A stretch of 64,000 bases of DNA from the NCBI GenBank assembly GCA_012295275.1, contig CM022670.1, positions 38,254,001 to 38,318,000 of the forward strand. Reading direction: 5' to 3'. Shown in pieces: positions 13,406-27,167 of the stretch. Source of the DNA: Chrysomallon squamiferum (Eukaryota; Animalia; Mollusca). The position numbers were made by a program, and so were the translations under genes. The notes beneath the pieces were generated by a model. That model was not told the origin of the DNA. It did no database searches and was given only the letters and a program-made list of their open reading frames with translations. Within the stretch, counting starts at the first letter, position 1. Each line of letters starts with the position of its first letter.

Positions 13406-14305
13406 AGATCACAAACTGAGTGTTTTGATTTTAGAAGTAAACATATAATAAATTAAATAAGCACACGTTTAACTGACAGTTATATTACAGATACATTTAA
13501 AAAGAAAAGAAAAGAGAAGGAAAGAGAAGATCTTGCAGAGAATCGATAATTGTAGAAAGTGGTTTGAGATGATATTAACAAAATTTCATCACTGAAACTG
13601 TTTTAATTGGTTTAGCATTTGGAACATCGCTGAATGGCAGTCCTCCAGGGTGCACATGTCAAAGATAGTTAAGATGCAGTAGTCAATAATGTTACTGTTC
13701 ATTTTGATGTAAGACTAACCAAATTATATAACGTTTGAACAAAACAAAAAAAACAAAAAATATATATATATATATAAAATAATAAATTTAAAAAAATATA
13801 TATAATAATAATGATAATGCTGATGATAAAAAATTTCAAACAAAAAGTAATAAAAATCAATGAAGAAAATTTTTCAGATCTGACCTAAACACACTTCGGT
13901 GAAAAAAAAAAAAAAAAAAAAAATCGCTGATGTTTTTTTCTTTAATTTAATGTCAAAGACAAAACTAAACAATTTTTTCACTCTGCAGTGTCCTTGAAAG
14001 TAGTAATTGATTCCATTTAACAGAGGCTGCGTAGGTACACCAAAAATAAATAGTTATTTAGAAAACCTTTCCTGGATGCAGCTTCAATAACATCAGCTTA
14101 TCAAAGATTTATAACGTTTTTCTCTTTTTGTAAATTTGTAAATTACTTTACTGATATATTTCTGTCTACAGGTCTGTCTGTTTGTCTCGTACTGTCTGAA
14201 TGTTTACCTGTTCATCTCTCTGTCTGTCCTTCCGTTAATCTGTTTCTCCTTGTCCCAGAAACATAGTCAAAATTAAAATCAGAAATTACAAGTAAAAAAA
14301 AAAAA

Positions 14306-14314
<9 letters not shown>

Positions 14315-14358
<44 letters not shown>
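14315..14358. repeat. (AG)n microsatellite
   Basis: Read directly. Confidence 0.97.
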
Positions 14359-14359
<1 letters not shown>

Positions 14360-14939
14360 CAAAAGATAAATAAATAAATAAATGAATAATAAAAAAAATT
14401 ATAAAGAATAAATAAAAAATAAATAAGCAACTAAACCCAGAGTGTGTTTGGAAAAAAATAATTTTTTTTTTTTTTTTAAAACTATCCAAAAAAAAACAAC
14501 TACAAGATTTTTCCAACCTGCAATAAAACAAATACAAAAACCAAATAACAAAAAATGATAATACTTTGCCAACACGCACACACACATTACGTCGTAACGA
14601 ATATTTCCTTTACTCATCAGCTTTAATCACATTTGTGTGAAAACTACTTTGTGCTGTACACCAGATTAAACTCTCTCAATGTCGTTTCTCCCACTTCCTA
14701 CCATGTTATACCATGTGTCCAGAATACCCACTGGCCAACACAGATACCCTTAAAACAACTGAGTAATTTGCAAGAGTATGAATCTACTCTCAGTGATGGA
14801 TTTCTTATCCGACCGTTGGAATTCAGTCGATATGAGTTACTTTCAAATTAAGACAGACATCAAACACAGTTGAAAAGTACTTAGACAAATTAACAGCTAC
14901 GTCGCTTTTCAGAGTCATTAACAGTACTGAAGCAAAGTC

Positions 14940-15032
14940 AATACTATCTTCCTGTTATTGTTACAACTGCTGCTGTTATCTTTCAGAAATCATTATTGTT
15001 ACTCTTGTAATTTGTCTGTCAGAAATAACTGG

Positions 15033-15063
<31 letters not shown>

Positions 15064-15270
15064 ACTAATCTCTCAGAAATTGTTATTGCTGTTGTAAGCT
15101 ACTTGTTGTTATTACTGTTCTTACTGTCTCTCAGAATGTATTACTATTATTGCTAGTGTTAGTATTTTTCAGAAGTTATTGTTATTAATACAGTTGTTAA
15201 CATGGCTTTCTGAGAAGTTAATGTTATAATTATTATTATTGTTACTATCTCTTTCTCAGAAATGGTATGT
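14940..15270. repeat. Degenerate repeat of (t)ctcagaa units separated by (GTT/ATT)n
   Basis: tcagaa recurs at about 14983, 15019, 15073, 15131, 15168 and 15256. Confidence 0.6.
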
Positions 15271-16474
15271 ACTAATAATGACTAAGACTGTCTGGTCATG
15301 AAAAAAAAAAAATGAATGAATAAATGATGGAAAGAAACAAGAATGAAATGAAAAATGCAATAAAATGTAAATTTAGTTACGATAAAAAACCCATTATATG
15401 TCATTTCTGTAACATTATATGACTTGATATGCTATATGACAAGGTATCTGTCAGTAATTAATATTAAAATATGTGTAATGGAATAAATATGTTTTTATAT
15501 GTGTATATGCATATAAAAGTGCATTAAAGAACAATGAAAATAAGCATAATTCTTAATAAATATTAATCAAATAAATTAAAATAATTGGAAATAAATATTT
15601 TCTTTAAAAAATAAAAACAAAAGTTAAAATAAAACAATAGAATAAAATTAATTCAAATAATATGTCAATAAATATATGTAAAAATAAAATTAAAATTAAT
15701 ATGTATTATGCCACTAAAAAAAGGCCATTTTAATAAATATAAAAAAAAGTGGGAATATATATATAGTATTTTATCATTGCAAAAAAATAATAAAAGTATT
15801 TTTATTATTATTTTAAAAAGTTCTTCCTTTTCTTTTCTTTATTTAAAGTAAGAGAAAAAAAAATGCTATTAAATATTAATATAATAAATAAAATGACAAT
15901 AACAGTAAATTAACAACCGTAATAATAATGTCTAAGTAATTCCTAAGTAATTGAGTCCGTCAGTCTGTTATTACTGAACTTTAGACATAAGACTACCACT
16001 TTTTATAACTCTGTTTTCATAAACAACCAACAGACATCAATAGACAGTATAGAACTTCATTAAACAGCTGTATTATTTCTCCATTTCTTGTTTAGATTAA
16101 CATCAGTGAAACATTTGAAAAACAAGCAGCTAATATGCATTGAAAAATACGTAATCTAAATGAAAATAAACTCGTTTTATTTTTTTTTCATTTTTTTTCC
16201 CTTTCCTTGTTTAAAAAGTTCAGTAATAACACTTAAGAATTAAATTACTTAATTTTTTTTATTTGTTTATTTGTTTGCAGGGTTTTTGGTAGATTTTAAT
16301 ATGTATTTTATTAGTAGTAGTATTATTGTTGTTGTTGTTCTTGTTGCTGTTATTATTGTTATTACTTTTATTGTTGTTGCTGTTGTTGTTGTTGTTAGTT
16401 TTCTGTATTTCAGTGGTAATAATTACAGAGTGGTAGGTCACAAGATCTATCCTCTTCAATACTTTTATCTAATT

Positions 16475-16590
16475 ATTTCCCATTCTGGACAGACATTTCA
16501 TTTCAAAGGCTATAGTTTGTATTTTCCAGTATATGAAGGTGCATATTCAGTATCCTTTTCTGCTATTCAGAAGGAGTAGCCCATAATATA
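16475..16590 (-). mobile_element. Decayed copy of the same SINE-like family
   Basis: Reverse-complement core: tttcccattc...tcaaaggct...ggtgcatat...atccttttctgctatt...gagtagccca. Confidence 0.55.
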
Positions 16591-16729
16591 ATGTGTTTTT
16601 TATCTCCATTCCTGCTAAAAAAAGATTTATTACAAAATAACATGAGTGATATCTTCTTATATATAAAAATATGTAATGGTATCAATAAACAAACATTCAG
16701 GGGTTGTTGTTTTTTTGTATTACTTATGA

Positions 16730-17400
16730 AGAAAATTCCCCAGATTGTACATAAATACATAAAATACTTTAGAAATCCCTAAATTGTACATGAAAGAATA
16801 AAGTATTTAAAAATTCCCCAAACTGCATGAAAAATATAAAGGATTTCAAAATTTCCCTAAACTGTATAAAAAGGACATGTATTTCAAAATTCCCTAAAAT
16901 GTATATCAAAGGCATAAAGGACTTATAAATTCCCTCATCTGAATATAAATGATAGATAAAAAGGACTTTAAAATTCCCTAAATTGTATATAAAAGACATA
17001 TAAAATATTTAAAATTCCTTAAAATGTGCATAAAATATATAAAGGATTCAAACATTCCCTACACTATAAAAAAACATTAAAGTACTTAAAAAATCCTTTG
17101 TATTGAAAAAATTTTAAAAAAAAAATTAAAAAATCATAGAAAAGTTATATTGTATATAAAAGACACAAAGTTGTTAAAAATTCCATGAGTTGTGTAAAAA
17201 TCATAAAAAATAAAATAAGTCCCTAAACTGTATATATACAATACAAAATACTTAGAAATTTGTTAAACTTTGTACATAAACAATATAAAATACTTTCAAA
17301 TTCCTTAAATTGTACGTAAACAGTAAAGAAAATACTTACAAATTCCCTAAACTGTACACAAACAATAAAAAAAAAGTAGTTAAAAATTCCCTGAGTAGCA
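16730..17400. repeat. Degenerate minisatellite, about 39-bp unit (aaattccctaaa(c/t)tgtatataaaa...)
   Basis: aaattccct-like anchor recurs about every 38-40 bp over about 670 bp. Confidence 0.9.
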
Positions 17401-19284
17401 TATATAAAAAAAAGATTTTACAAAATTGAACATTTTGTTAAAATACGTTTGAAAACTGTCAACATTATTACTATGATCTAGTTAAGCTCTGAATGTGCCC
17501 GGTTTTTATCTTGGTGAAATTTGTGAACAGATGGTTTTGTTAACATTGACTGAGTCTAACAGTTTAGTTTTCAGTTTGGACAAATTTGAAGATGGACAAG
17601 ATATGTATTGATGCAGAATTTAACTGCTTCTAAAACGGTCTTCAGCTTGTGACTTATCTGTGGCAAAACTGCACAGATCAGAATGTGTATACAGAAAAAA
17701 TGCAGCACTCATTTGTTTTTAGATGTCTGTCTGTCAGAATTGTTGATTCACTGTTTGTTTGAAGAAGTTGAATCTTTTTTCTCTCTCTCTCTTTTTTAAA
17801 ATAATTTAAAAAAATATATTAACGTTTTTAAATTAGTTTTATTATCATTGTTGTTGTTGTTGGTATTAATAATATTATTATTAGGAGTAGTAGTAGTAGT
17901 AGTAGTAGGCTTTTTTTATGTATGTGGGTATGGAAGCTTACAATCTTTTGTTCTGAACATAATTCTTGATTGATTGGAATTGTAAAAGGAGAAAAGTTAT
18001 TTCTGATATTAAAGATTTAAAACCTATTTTCATTTATAGATTACTACAAGCAATTACAGAAGCATAATTATTGTTCATTATCATCCAAGGCAAATAAAAC
18101 AAAATGGCAGCCATTAAAAATTGTGAGTATTAAAACATTTTAATAATAAAAATAACACTGTCCAAATAATGCCACTAAAGCTTTGGTGAAATAACCTGTT
18201 TTTTGTTTTTGTGATTTAGTAAGTTATGCATCAAAATCTTTAGAATAGAGGTAGGAAACATGAAAATAATGTATAATAATTTATTTTATTTCACTTTTGA
18301 AATTATAAATCGTAACTGAATGACATCTAATCTTTATATAGTTATAATGCTAAATAATTTGTGGTTTACAATTAATTTTTATTATTTCACCTTAACAGTT
18401 CTTATAATTAAAAAAACTGGGTTTTCTATTTATTTCATTCTAAATAAATTCACTTCAGTAACTGATTTGTTACAACTACTGTTTTAAAAATGTCTTTTTA
18501 ACTCATTATTCTCATTATTTTTAGTATTTATAAATTCACTTTGCAAATAGTTTTATTTCAGCAATAATCATTTCTTTTAAATTGCAGGTTAAAAATGGAA
18601 AAAAATTTAATTTATATAATTATAGGTTTAAAAAAAGAAAAAAATAATCATTCTTTTTACTATCATCAATTTGTTTTATTCTTTTTTCATTTTTTTTTTT
18701 TCATTTTAAATAACTAATATTTCAGATTGAATTTTATTCATTCTTTTTTGAGTTACCATTTCATTTTATTAAGACATTTTTCATTTTTGATTACTTTTCA
18801 TGATTTGGTTTGTTTTTAAATCAGATTTTCAGACATTTTGGTTACATTTAAATTATTTCAATTTCATTTTAATAACATCCTTTTAACTGGTACATTTTAC
18901 ATTTTAAAAAAATCTATGTTTACTTGTTTAAAATAAAAAATAAACAATAACAAAATAAAATTACTTTACAGTAAATTAAAAAAACAAATCATTTAATTCA
19001 GATAATCTTTTTCACTGACTCTTTTCATTTGCATTTCATTTAATAAGAAAATCTTAATTTCTCTTTAATAACATATTTCAATATTTCATTTAAATATAAA
19101 GTTTCACAGCTTAATTTCACTTCAGCGACAGATTTAAGTTACAATAACAATATTTCATTCTCCATTTTTCCTTTTCTACAAATCTACAAGATAAAAACTG
19201 TCTTCTGACAAGACTTGACAACACAGAAACAAACACACACACACACACACACACACACGTAGCAACGTTACAATTTGAACTTAC

Positions 19285-19603
19285 CACAGTCAGCGAGTAT
19301 TCACACTTGTTCCATTCAAACAACAAGAGATAAATAAACCTTGCGTTAACTTGCTTCTGTTGAATCTGCGAAAGTGGCTCTCTCCCAGTGTGTTCCCTTT
19401 TACTGCAATCAGCTGATCAGAATTGATTTGTGCATCTACCTACGACCACCTTGTACGAACGCAGCGCTACTGGCAGAAACCATCGGAGGGCAGATTCGTT
19501 GCAGAAGCGATGGATTTTTACAATTTTTATTGAGATGTCTGTATACGTTCAGACAATCTGTAATTATCGTGTTGCTTCGGTTTTTTTTTTGTTTCTGGCA
19601 AGC
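19285..19603 (-). other. Candidate non-coding (5' UTR-like) exon, 319 bp
   Basis: Very strong acceptor (more than 20 pyrimidines then ccag|) and donor GTG|GTAAGT exactly bracket a GC/CpG-richer island. Only short ATG ORFs are present (MVSASSAAFVQGGRR*, MHKSILIS*, MEQV*). Confidence 0.6.
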
Positions 19604-20323
19604 CTGGAAAAAAAAAAAAAGAAGAAAGAATGAAAATCAGTGAAAAAGATAATTGCCACTTTTTGGAAACTGTGCTGAACATGCAATTTACAATGAATGA
19701 CTTTTAATTTTTTTTGTTTTTAAATATATTTTTAGAACATATTTTTATTAAACATTATTACTGTTTTATAAATTATTATTATTATTATTAATTAATTGCA
19801 AATTATTATTGTATTAGTTATTGCAACTGTGAAAGCAAGTATAAATATTTTCATTTGATTTCATTTGTACCAAATATGTGAACAATTGTTTTTCTCTAAA
19901 TAGTAGAACATTATTATATATTAATATCATTATCATAATCATCATCAATATTGTTGCTGCTATTGTTGTTATTGTTATTTTTATTATTATTATTGATACT
20001 GTTTATTTATTTTATTTCATTGTTATTGTGGTTTAGTAAATTAGTAGTTTCTTAAAATAGATGTATACAGACTTCTAATCTGAAGTGATTACTTCATTCT
20101 AATGGTATACATTTTTAAATATTCAGAGTCTATGTCCTTACTAACATCACAGAAATACAAATGTACATTAAACATTATTTAATAGAAAAGACTACTGTTC
20201 TGCCATTTACCAAATGTTTTAATATAAATTATTTAAAAAAAAAAAAAAAAAAAAAAAATTGGGAAAGACTGAACTTTTGGCCATCAAAGTTATGATTGCA
20301 TAGTTTTCTGATGGAAGCATGTT

Positions 20324-20326
<3 letters not shown>

Positions 20327-20365
<39 letters not shown>

Positions 20366-20405
20366 TCTCTCCCCTCTCTCTCTCTCTCTGAACCTCTCTC
20401 TCTCT
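20327..20405. repeat. Interrupted (CT)n microsatellite
   Basis: Read directly; source of RERE ORFs. Confidence 0.96.
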
Positions 20406-21469
20406 GAACAAATCTCTCATTCTCTTTTTCTCTCAGAATAAATCTCTCCAGCATGTAAAAATCACCCATCTTTTTCTCAACAGGCTTTACAAAACTGAGC
20501 ATTTTCTTTTGGGGAAATCCTATCACTGACTGAGCAAAGTGTGTCATTGTTTTAACACATCATCTCGTAGCGTGATGCAAAGTCAATGGACTCCAAATGT
20601 TTGATATCCACTGCAGTGAAGCTGCCTGGCCTCAGTGGACTGTATTGCTATTTACTTCTACAAATCGGCAATCGTCACAGGACGCCCTTCTCCATCACAA
20701 AAAACAATGCACTGCAGAGCAGATCAGTTTAATGCTTCAAAAATCAAAGATGACTTCTCTTTGCCAACCTTTTCGCTCATGTGGGACTCAGTTTTGGATT
20801 CTGGATGAAATCAGGACGCTGATGTATAAAGCAGATGCATTTCTTTATTCATCTCATTACTGACTGAAACCCACAGTGGGAGCAACAAAGGAACAAAGTA
20901 GATATGAATACCGCATTTCCTACGCGAATAGTTATTAATGTTGTGTGCTTTCCCATCCAGCGACATCTATCTTGGCTGCTGCTTTGACCACCATCAAGTC
21001 ATCCATTCTCATCAGGGACTTTTCTTTTAAGCAAATGCAGTAAATAAAAATGAATGTGATGTCATCGTTTCATTAATGGCCATTTTTTTTTTTTTTTTTT
21101 TTTAAAAAAAATGAAATGATTATTAATATGCTGGAACTGAATTTAATGGTACAGACATGGATGTCGTGGACATAATCATTAATGAGCAGCTTTATCGAGA
21201 GGAAATCAGTGTATCCGTGTATAAAACAGATGTATGATATTGTATTTCTGTCATCACTGCATTGTTGGCTAAATCCAATAACAGAGCAGCAGATACTCGA
21301 AATAGATGTTTTATTGGCTCTTATAATCAAATTAATGAATTTATAGCGTAAAGTCTGCCAGCATGGTAAGATTTTTCTCTGTATTTGAACATGAAAAGCT
21401 GTAATTGTCTGTTATCATCATGAAAATGTGCTTCAACTTTATGAAACTATGTTCTCTGATTAAGACAGC

Positions 21470-21665
21470 ATATCAGTATGTTAGTAAGCATATTTATCAT
21501 GTTAGTATGTTAGCATGTCAGTATGTTCAGTATGTTAGTGTGTTAGCATGTTGGGATGTTATGTTGGTATGTTGGTATATTAGTTAGTTTTAGTTTTAAT
21601 GTTTGTGTCGGTATGTTGGTATGTTTTAGTATGTTGGTATGTTAGTATGTTAGAGAATTAGTTAG
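21470..21665. repeat. Degenerate 8-bp repeat (GTT(A/G)GTAT)n
   Basis: gttagtat/gttggtat/gttagcat units read directly. Confidence 0.85.
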
Positions 21666-21714
21666 AAACAAGTGCTGATATTCTGGTAATTGTCTCATAG
21701 TTAATATAAGTAGA

Positions 21715-21792
21715 AGCTGGCTTCAGGATCAGATCCCAGTACCTACAGAACTGAGAACAACTATTTAACCAGTATGTTACCAAGCAGCCGAC
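21715..21792 (-). mobile_element. Possible decayed tRNA-derived SINE head
   Basis: Minus strand reads cggctgcttggtaacatactggttaa...gtaggtactgggatctgatcc, giving degenerate A-box and B-box at tRNA-like spacing. Confidence 0.3.
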
Positions 21793-21853
21793 TTTAATTT
21801 TCCTAAAAGAAAATCTTTTTGTACTGAATGACAATACAGACAGAACTTACTCA

Positions 21854-21885
<32 letters not shown>

Positions 21886-23006
21886 AAAGAGATTGAGATA
21901 AAAATCTACTTTTATCAAATGATTTAATGAAATCTGTCACTTCCAAAATTACATTTATTTTTATTTGAAACTATTTCTCAGTAATGTTTTATGACATGTC
22001 TCTGTAAGAAAAACCTGTTTTTTCTGTCTGATATGTTTACAAAGCAACTGTGTGTGAGTTTTTTTTTTTTTTTTTGCACACAGTAAAGATGAGACTGGTC
22101 AAAGTGACAAATAACACTCTAGAGAATGGGCTGTAATGTGAAGTGTATCACCTCCTCTTAATTACACATTCTGCTGTCAGTGATGTGCGTGTGTATGTAT
22201 GTGTTTTTGTGTGGCAGTGGACTGATGCATGCATGCATACATGCATATTTATGTATGTATGTATGTATGTATATGCTACATATATATATGTATGTGTTAA
22301 TATGTATTGATTTTAAACATATACTGGAATTTTTTTTTGCATATAATAAAATGAATAAAATAAAAATAGAAATAAACAGGCTTGAAAAAAAGACCAAACT
22401 GGAAATTTTATTTTATTTTATACATAGATAAAACATACAAACATACATACATACATAGATACATATATATATATACATACATACATACATACATACATAT
22501 ATTCATACATACACATATACCTAAATGCAAATGCATATTATTACTTTTTATTTTATGGTGGGCTTTTTTGTTTTGACTTGTTTTATTGTTGTTTTTACTG
22601 GGGTTTTTTTTTTTTTTTTTTTTTTGTTTATTTATAAAAAAAAATAATTTCTCTCCTTTATTTTATTATTTATTTGCTTCTTGTTATGTCAACAGAATCT
22701 GCAAAGTGATCAATAGTTTTTACTTTATGTAAACATAAATATTCAGAATTGTCACAGCTGGAGATCAGCATACCCAACAGTCAACATTTCTCTGGTAAAT
22801 ATCTGGTAAAAGTAAATCATATTTAGTTTATTAATTTTTTTTTTTTTTTTTTTTATTTTTTTTAATTTCATTAATTATTTTTATTTAATGTATATTTTTT
22901 TTGCACACATATGTACATAGGCTCACTCATTTGAATAAACACAATAAAAAGTAATAAATATCAGCTTTCTTTTCTTCTTTTATATGTATATACTGTCTAT
23001 AGTATA

Positions 23007-23049
<43 letters not shown>

Positions 23050-23629
23050 CACACATTTCTTTTTAATTTATTATTATTGTTATTTTGAGATAAGCAGCTT
23101 CTTTGCTCTGATCAGGCAGTTAGATGGGTTCAAGTGTCAAGATGGCTCAATATTAAAAACATTTTTTTTACATCTAACACTAAAAATCATTCACCATATA
23201 AATTATTTTTACTAAAATATCATTAGAATGTGAAAACAAAAATTAAAAATTAAATAAATAAATAAAAACTTAATAAACTATATTACATGACCTAGAAAAC
23301 TTGATTACCATTATAAAGTGTTTAACATTCTGTCGAAATGTAGAGAAATTAATTCTTGACTACGAAGAAGACAAAATGGCTGCTGATTAAGAAACAATGA
23401 CAACTCTAACATATGTTAACTGTTTATTAAATACAGAATTAATTTCTCATTTATAAGTGGAAAATTCCTTACATGATTTTAATATTCTGAATATTGTTAT
23501 GAAAAATTGTCAAATTTTGTTGAAATATTATTTTTCGTTTGCTGTACAGGATAAAACACAGAGGGTGTTGGAAAAAAAGCTCGAGGCATATCAAAGGATT
23601 AATCCTTTAGCATGTGTACTTTATTTTTC

Positions 23630-23715
23630 ATCCTGTAACTGGTTTATTGAAGACTGTGCTATGTGTTTTCCTCTTTTGATAGATGGAAATAAAAGATCTC
23701 TCCTGCTTAGCAATG
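23630..23715 (-). mobile_element. Decayed fragment of the SINE-like family
   Basis: actggtttattgaagactgtgctatgtg...ataaaagatctctcctgct is the reverse complement of the core. Confidence 0.55.
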
Positions 23716-24689
23716 TTTTTGAAAGAAAAAAGAAATTTCTCTACTTAACCCAAGAACAATTTTAACAATTATTTCTACATTCATATGATGTTATAAAATT
23801 GTGTCAAATTTTATGAATCTCAGTAATTTTAATTCTAATCCACACATTTGCTTCTGATAATTTTTATGGAAATAATTATTATTATTTTCACTACAACTAC
23901 TTTTTTTTTTTTTTTTTTTTTTTACTTTTCTTATTATTGCTTTTGTTTAAAAAAAAAATAAAAAATAAAAATAAATAACTAAATAAATAAAAAGTAATAA
24001 TAATAAAAAAAATAACTAAATAACTAAATAATAATAATCAAAGAAATAAAATGTTTCAACAAAACAAATATTCATGTGTACATTTTTTTCTTCAATGTTA
24101 TTGATCACCCACCCCCATCTCATTTCAATCAATAAATAACAAATTTGTATAATAGGAGTGGCTTTTCACCATCATCATCAACAACAACAACAACAACAGC
24201 CATTGAAATAACATCTTTCATTTCACAGCATATCTCTTTCTCTACTCTTACTATAATATTACATTATTTCTATTACTGCTATTTGCTGGCTGTTACTATT
24301 TTCAAAGCATAATTTAGCAAGATGGGGCCATTTGTTTGCACTCGTTATTAGTTTCCAACTCGGCTGACTGTCATTTTTTTTTTTTTTTCAATCTATTTGA
24401 TATTACATTGAATAATCCATATCATTGGCAATATTTTCCATTCCACTGCCACCGCCTACAAAAGCACTCATCCTTGTCGAGATTCCATTGATTATTGATA
24501 CTTGATTATCTCTACATGTATAAAGTGAAACTGCTCTCGCTTTCTTGTGCCTCACATGATTTGCAGATATTATTGAGCAAGTGGCAGTTAAACTGTTCAA
24601 AATGATCATTAAATAAAAAAAAAAAAATTTTTAAAATTTAAAAAATGAAGAAAAAAAAAAAAAAAAAAAAAAAAAAGTAGTTTAAAAAT

Positions 24690-24909
24690 GAAAATAAAAT
24701 ATGGTAGAAGAGATAATGGTGGGAAATGTTAATAAAAAAAAAAAAAAAAAAAAATGGTAGGAAAATAAAAAATGAAAATAAAAAAATTGGGTGGAAAATG
24801 AAAAAAAGATTATTGATGGAAAAAAGATTCTTCATCCCCAAAAATGTAAAATGGGTGGAAATGTGAAATATTATGGTAGAAGAAAAAAAAAAAATTGCGA
24901 TAAAAGAAG

Positions 24910-24942
<33 letters not shown>

Positions 24943-25060
24943 TTTAACAAAATTATGGGTGAAAAAAAGTGACAATTTAAAAAAAAAAAAAAAAAAAAAA
25001 AAAGGACGAACACGTAATAAAACAGTGGAAATGGAAAAACAAAATGGTGGAAAAGAAATG
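24690..25060. repeat. A-rich degenerate repeat with atgg(g)tggaaa units
   Basis: atggtag/atggtgg/tgggtggaaa recur about 10 times among poly-A runs. Confidence 0.65.
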
Positions 25061-25566
25061 AAAAGAAACAGGAAACATTAAATAACGTTAAAAAAAATAC
25101 ATAAATTGATATCTAGCCTATACTTGCTTCCAATTTCTTTTGAAAGGAAATAATATGATCACTTAATACAGCCATATAGAGGAAAAATAAAATTGATTTC
25201 CTTCCCATTTGTCCAGAGTAGTCATTTGATTGAGTAGAGATGAAACTGTTTTGCATAAGAAACGTATTTGACAGTGTGTATATTTCTTGAATCATTGCCT
25301 GGCCAAACTAAGTGCTGGAGCAGAACAGAAGTTAATCACTGGAGAATAAAGAGAAAAGATTAAAAGAAAAAGATAAAGTTAAATCGGAAATAGTCTCTTG
25401 GAAAGCATTATTCAACATAACCCCTCATTTTGATCGTTACTGTTTCGGCAACCGTCTGACTAATTAGTGGTTGTGAGTGCCAGTTTCTCTAAAAAACTGT
25501 GATAAGTTTTAAATCAGTAATGAAAAATAATGTCTTCAGAATTTCCTCAGTTTAAATTTAAAATAC

Positions 25567-25608
<42 letters not shown>

Positions 25609-26257
25609 TTTAAAAAGAAAAGAAGATGAAGATGAAAAAGAAGTTCCAAATCTTACAAAGTTTAAAAATGGCGGTTTTAAAACAATATTAAGATGTCATA
25701 GAATATTTATTTACAGGTTAATTAATTTAAATTCAAACATGAATAAAAAATGACATCAAGAAGCTTTAATGGAATATAAAAAAAAAAAAAAAAAATAAAA
25801 AATAAAATCACTGAAGAAAAATAAAATAAAAAAAATATAAAAAAGAAATTATGACTGCAACCCCAGATGAATAACAATAATAAGTGACTCTCTAGTGGAA
25901 CATAACAACCACTGAAAAAGAGTAACCACTGCTACAGCTAACTCATATTTATTAGTAGTAACATGTTGATTGTGAGATTATTCTGGCACAGCCTCAAACT
26001 GTTTAATGATGCATTACATAATAATATTGTTCCATGCAGAAATTCAGTGGATTTCCAGAGGAGTAATCTTTGATGCATCAAGCAAAACTTGCCTCACATG
26101 CCTCACTTCATCATTACAAGATAATTTGAATTATGTTAAACAGCTTACCAAACTCTGTTGCTGTCTATATATATATGTTTGTGTGCATGTGTCTGTCTCT
26201 CTATGTGTGTGTGGAAAAAGCAAGCACAAATAAGTTATCCATTCTGTGAAAGTTAAA

Positions 26258-26296
<39 letters not shown>

Positions 26297-27115
26297 CAAA
26301 CCTGCATTAAAAGATTCTGGTAAAAATTAAGATTGTTTGATGATATATTTAAGAGAATGTATCCCACTAGTAAAATTACTGGCTTGCTTAACATTATATA
26401 TTCAACATATACAACACAAAATGTGATCAGTTGATGGTTATATCAAAATGTAAGTAATTTATGAATAGAAAAATTTGTTTCAGAACAGGGAAAAAATACA
26501 TTTCTTTATCTGTTTTTATTATGCTGAAACCTTATAGCACAAAATGATCTATAAATCATTCTTAAAAGTTTAAATAATTTTCTCAGACTAAACTGCATTT
26601 TTGTGAAAGGTCATAAGCTTTAATAACTATATTAATATGTCTTTTGAAGTATTTACATATGAAGTGTGCAGTCGTTAGTATTTAATCAAAAACTTTATGA
26701 TCTCGACATTAGGAAATGATTGGTCAGCTCATTTGTTTAAGACCCAGTGGATGATTTTTCTGTTCAAACTTCTGCTCCATGTGTGAAGAATCGGAAGCCA
26801 TTTTTGATTAGAACATTTAAAACAAAATTCCCATGATCCTAGTTAGTCACTGCTTTGGTTTTGAGCTCGGTTATTTTTCTGACATTATAAACTAAATGTC
26901 ACAGCTATCACATTCTAACTACCAGCTGTAAATAAGTGTGCTAATTTCAGTTAATCAAACATTCACTTCTTCCTGTCACTTGTGCATGCTTCACCCACAT
27001 CTTAGAACGGTGATGTCTCAGAGGATAGACTTTTTTTGACATGTCTTGAATCAATTTTTTTTTTTTTTTTTAAAAGAAGGCTTTCTTTACAAATTCCAAC
27101 ATGCCAGTTCATTTA

Positions 27116-27167
27116 GATTGTTTTATAGGTTTGTTTAGAGGATTGTTTTATAGGTTTGTTAAGAGGA
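27116..27167. repeat. 25-bp tandem duplication
   Basis: gattgttttataggtttgtt(t/a)agag at 27116 and 27141. Confidence 0.92.

Noticed and set aside
20597-20863. 88-aa ATG ORF in a GC-richer island
   Set aside because: No recognisable domain or convincing splice boundaries; more likely a non-coding island.
3690-25675. YY1-like AAAATGGCG motifs (about 3692, 6980, 25666)
   Set aside because: Isolated short matches in A-rich DNA with no other promoter evidence.
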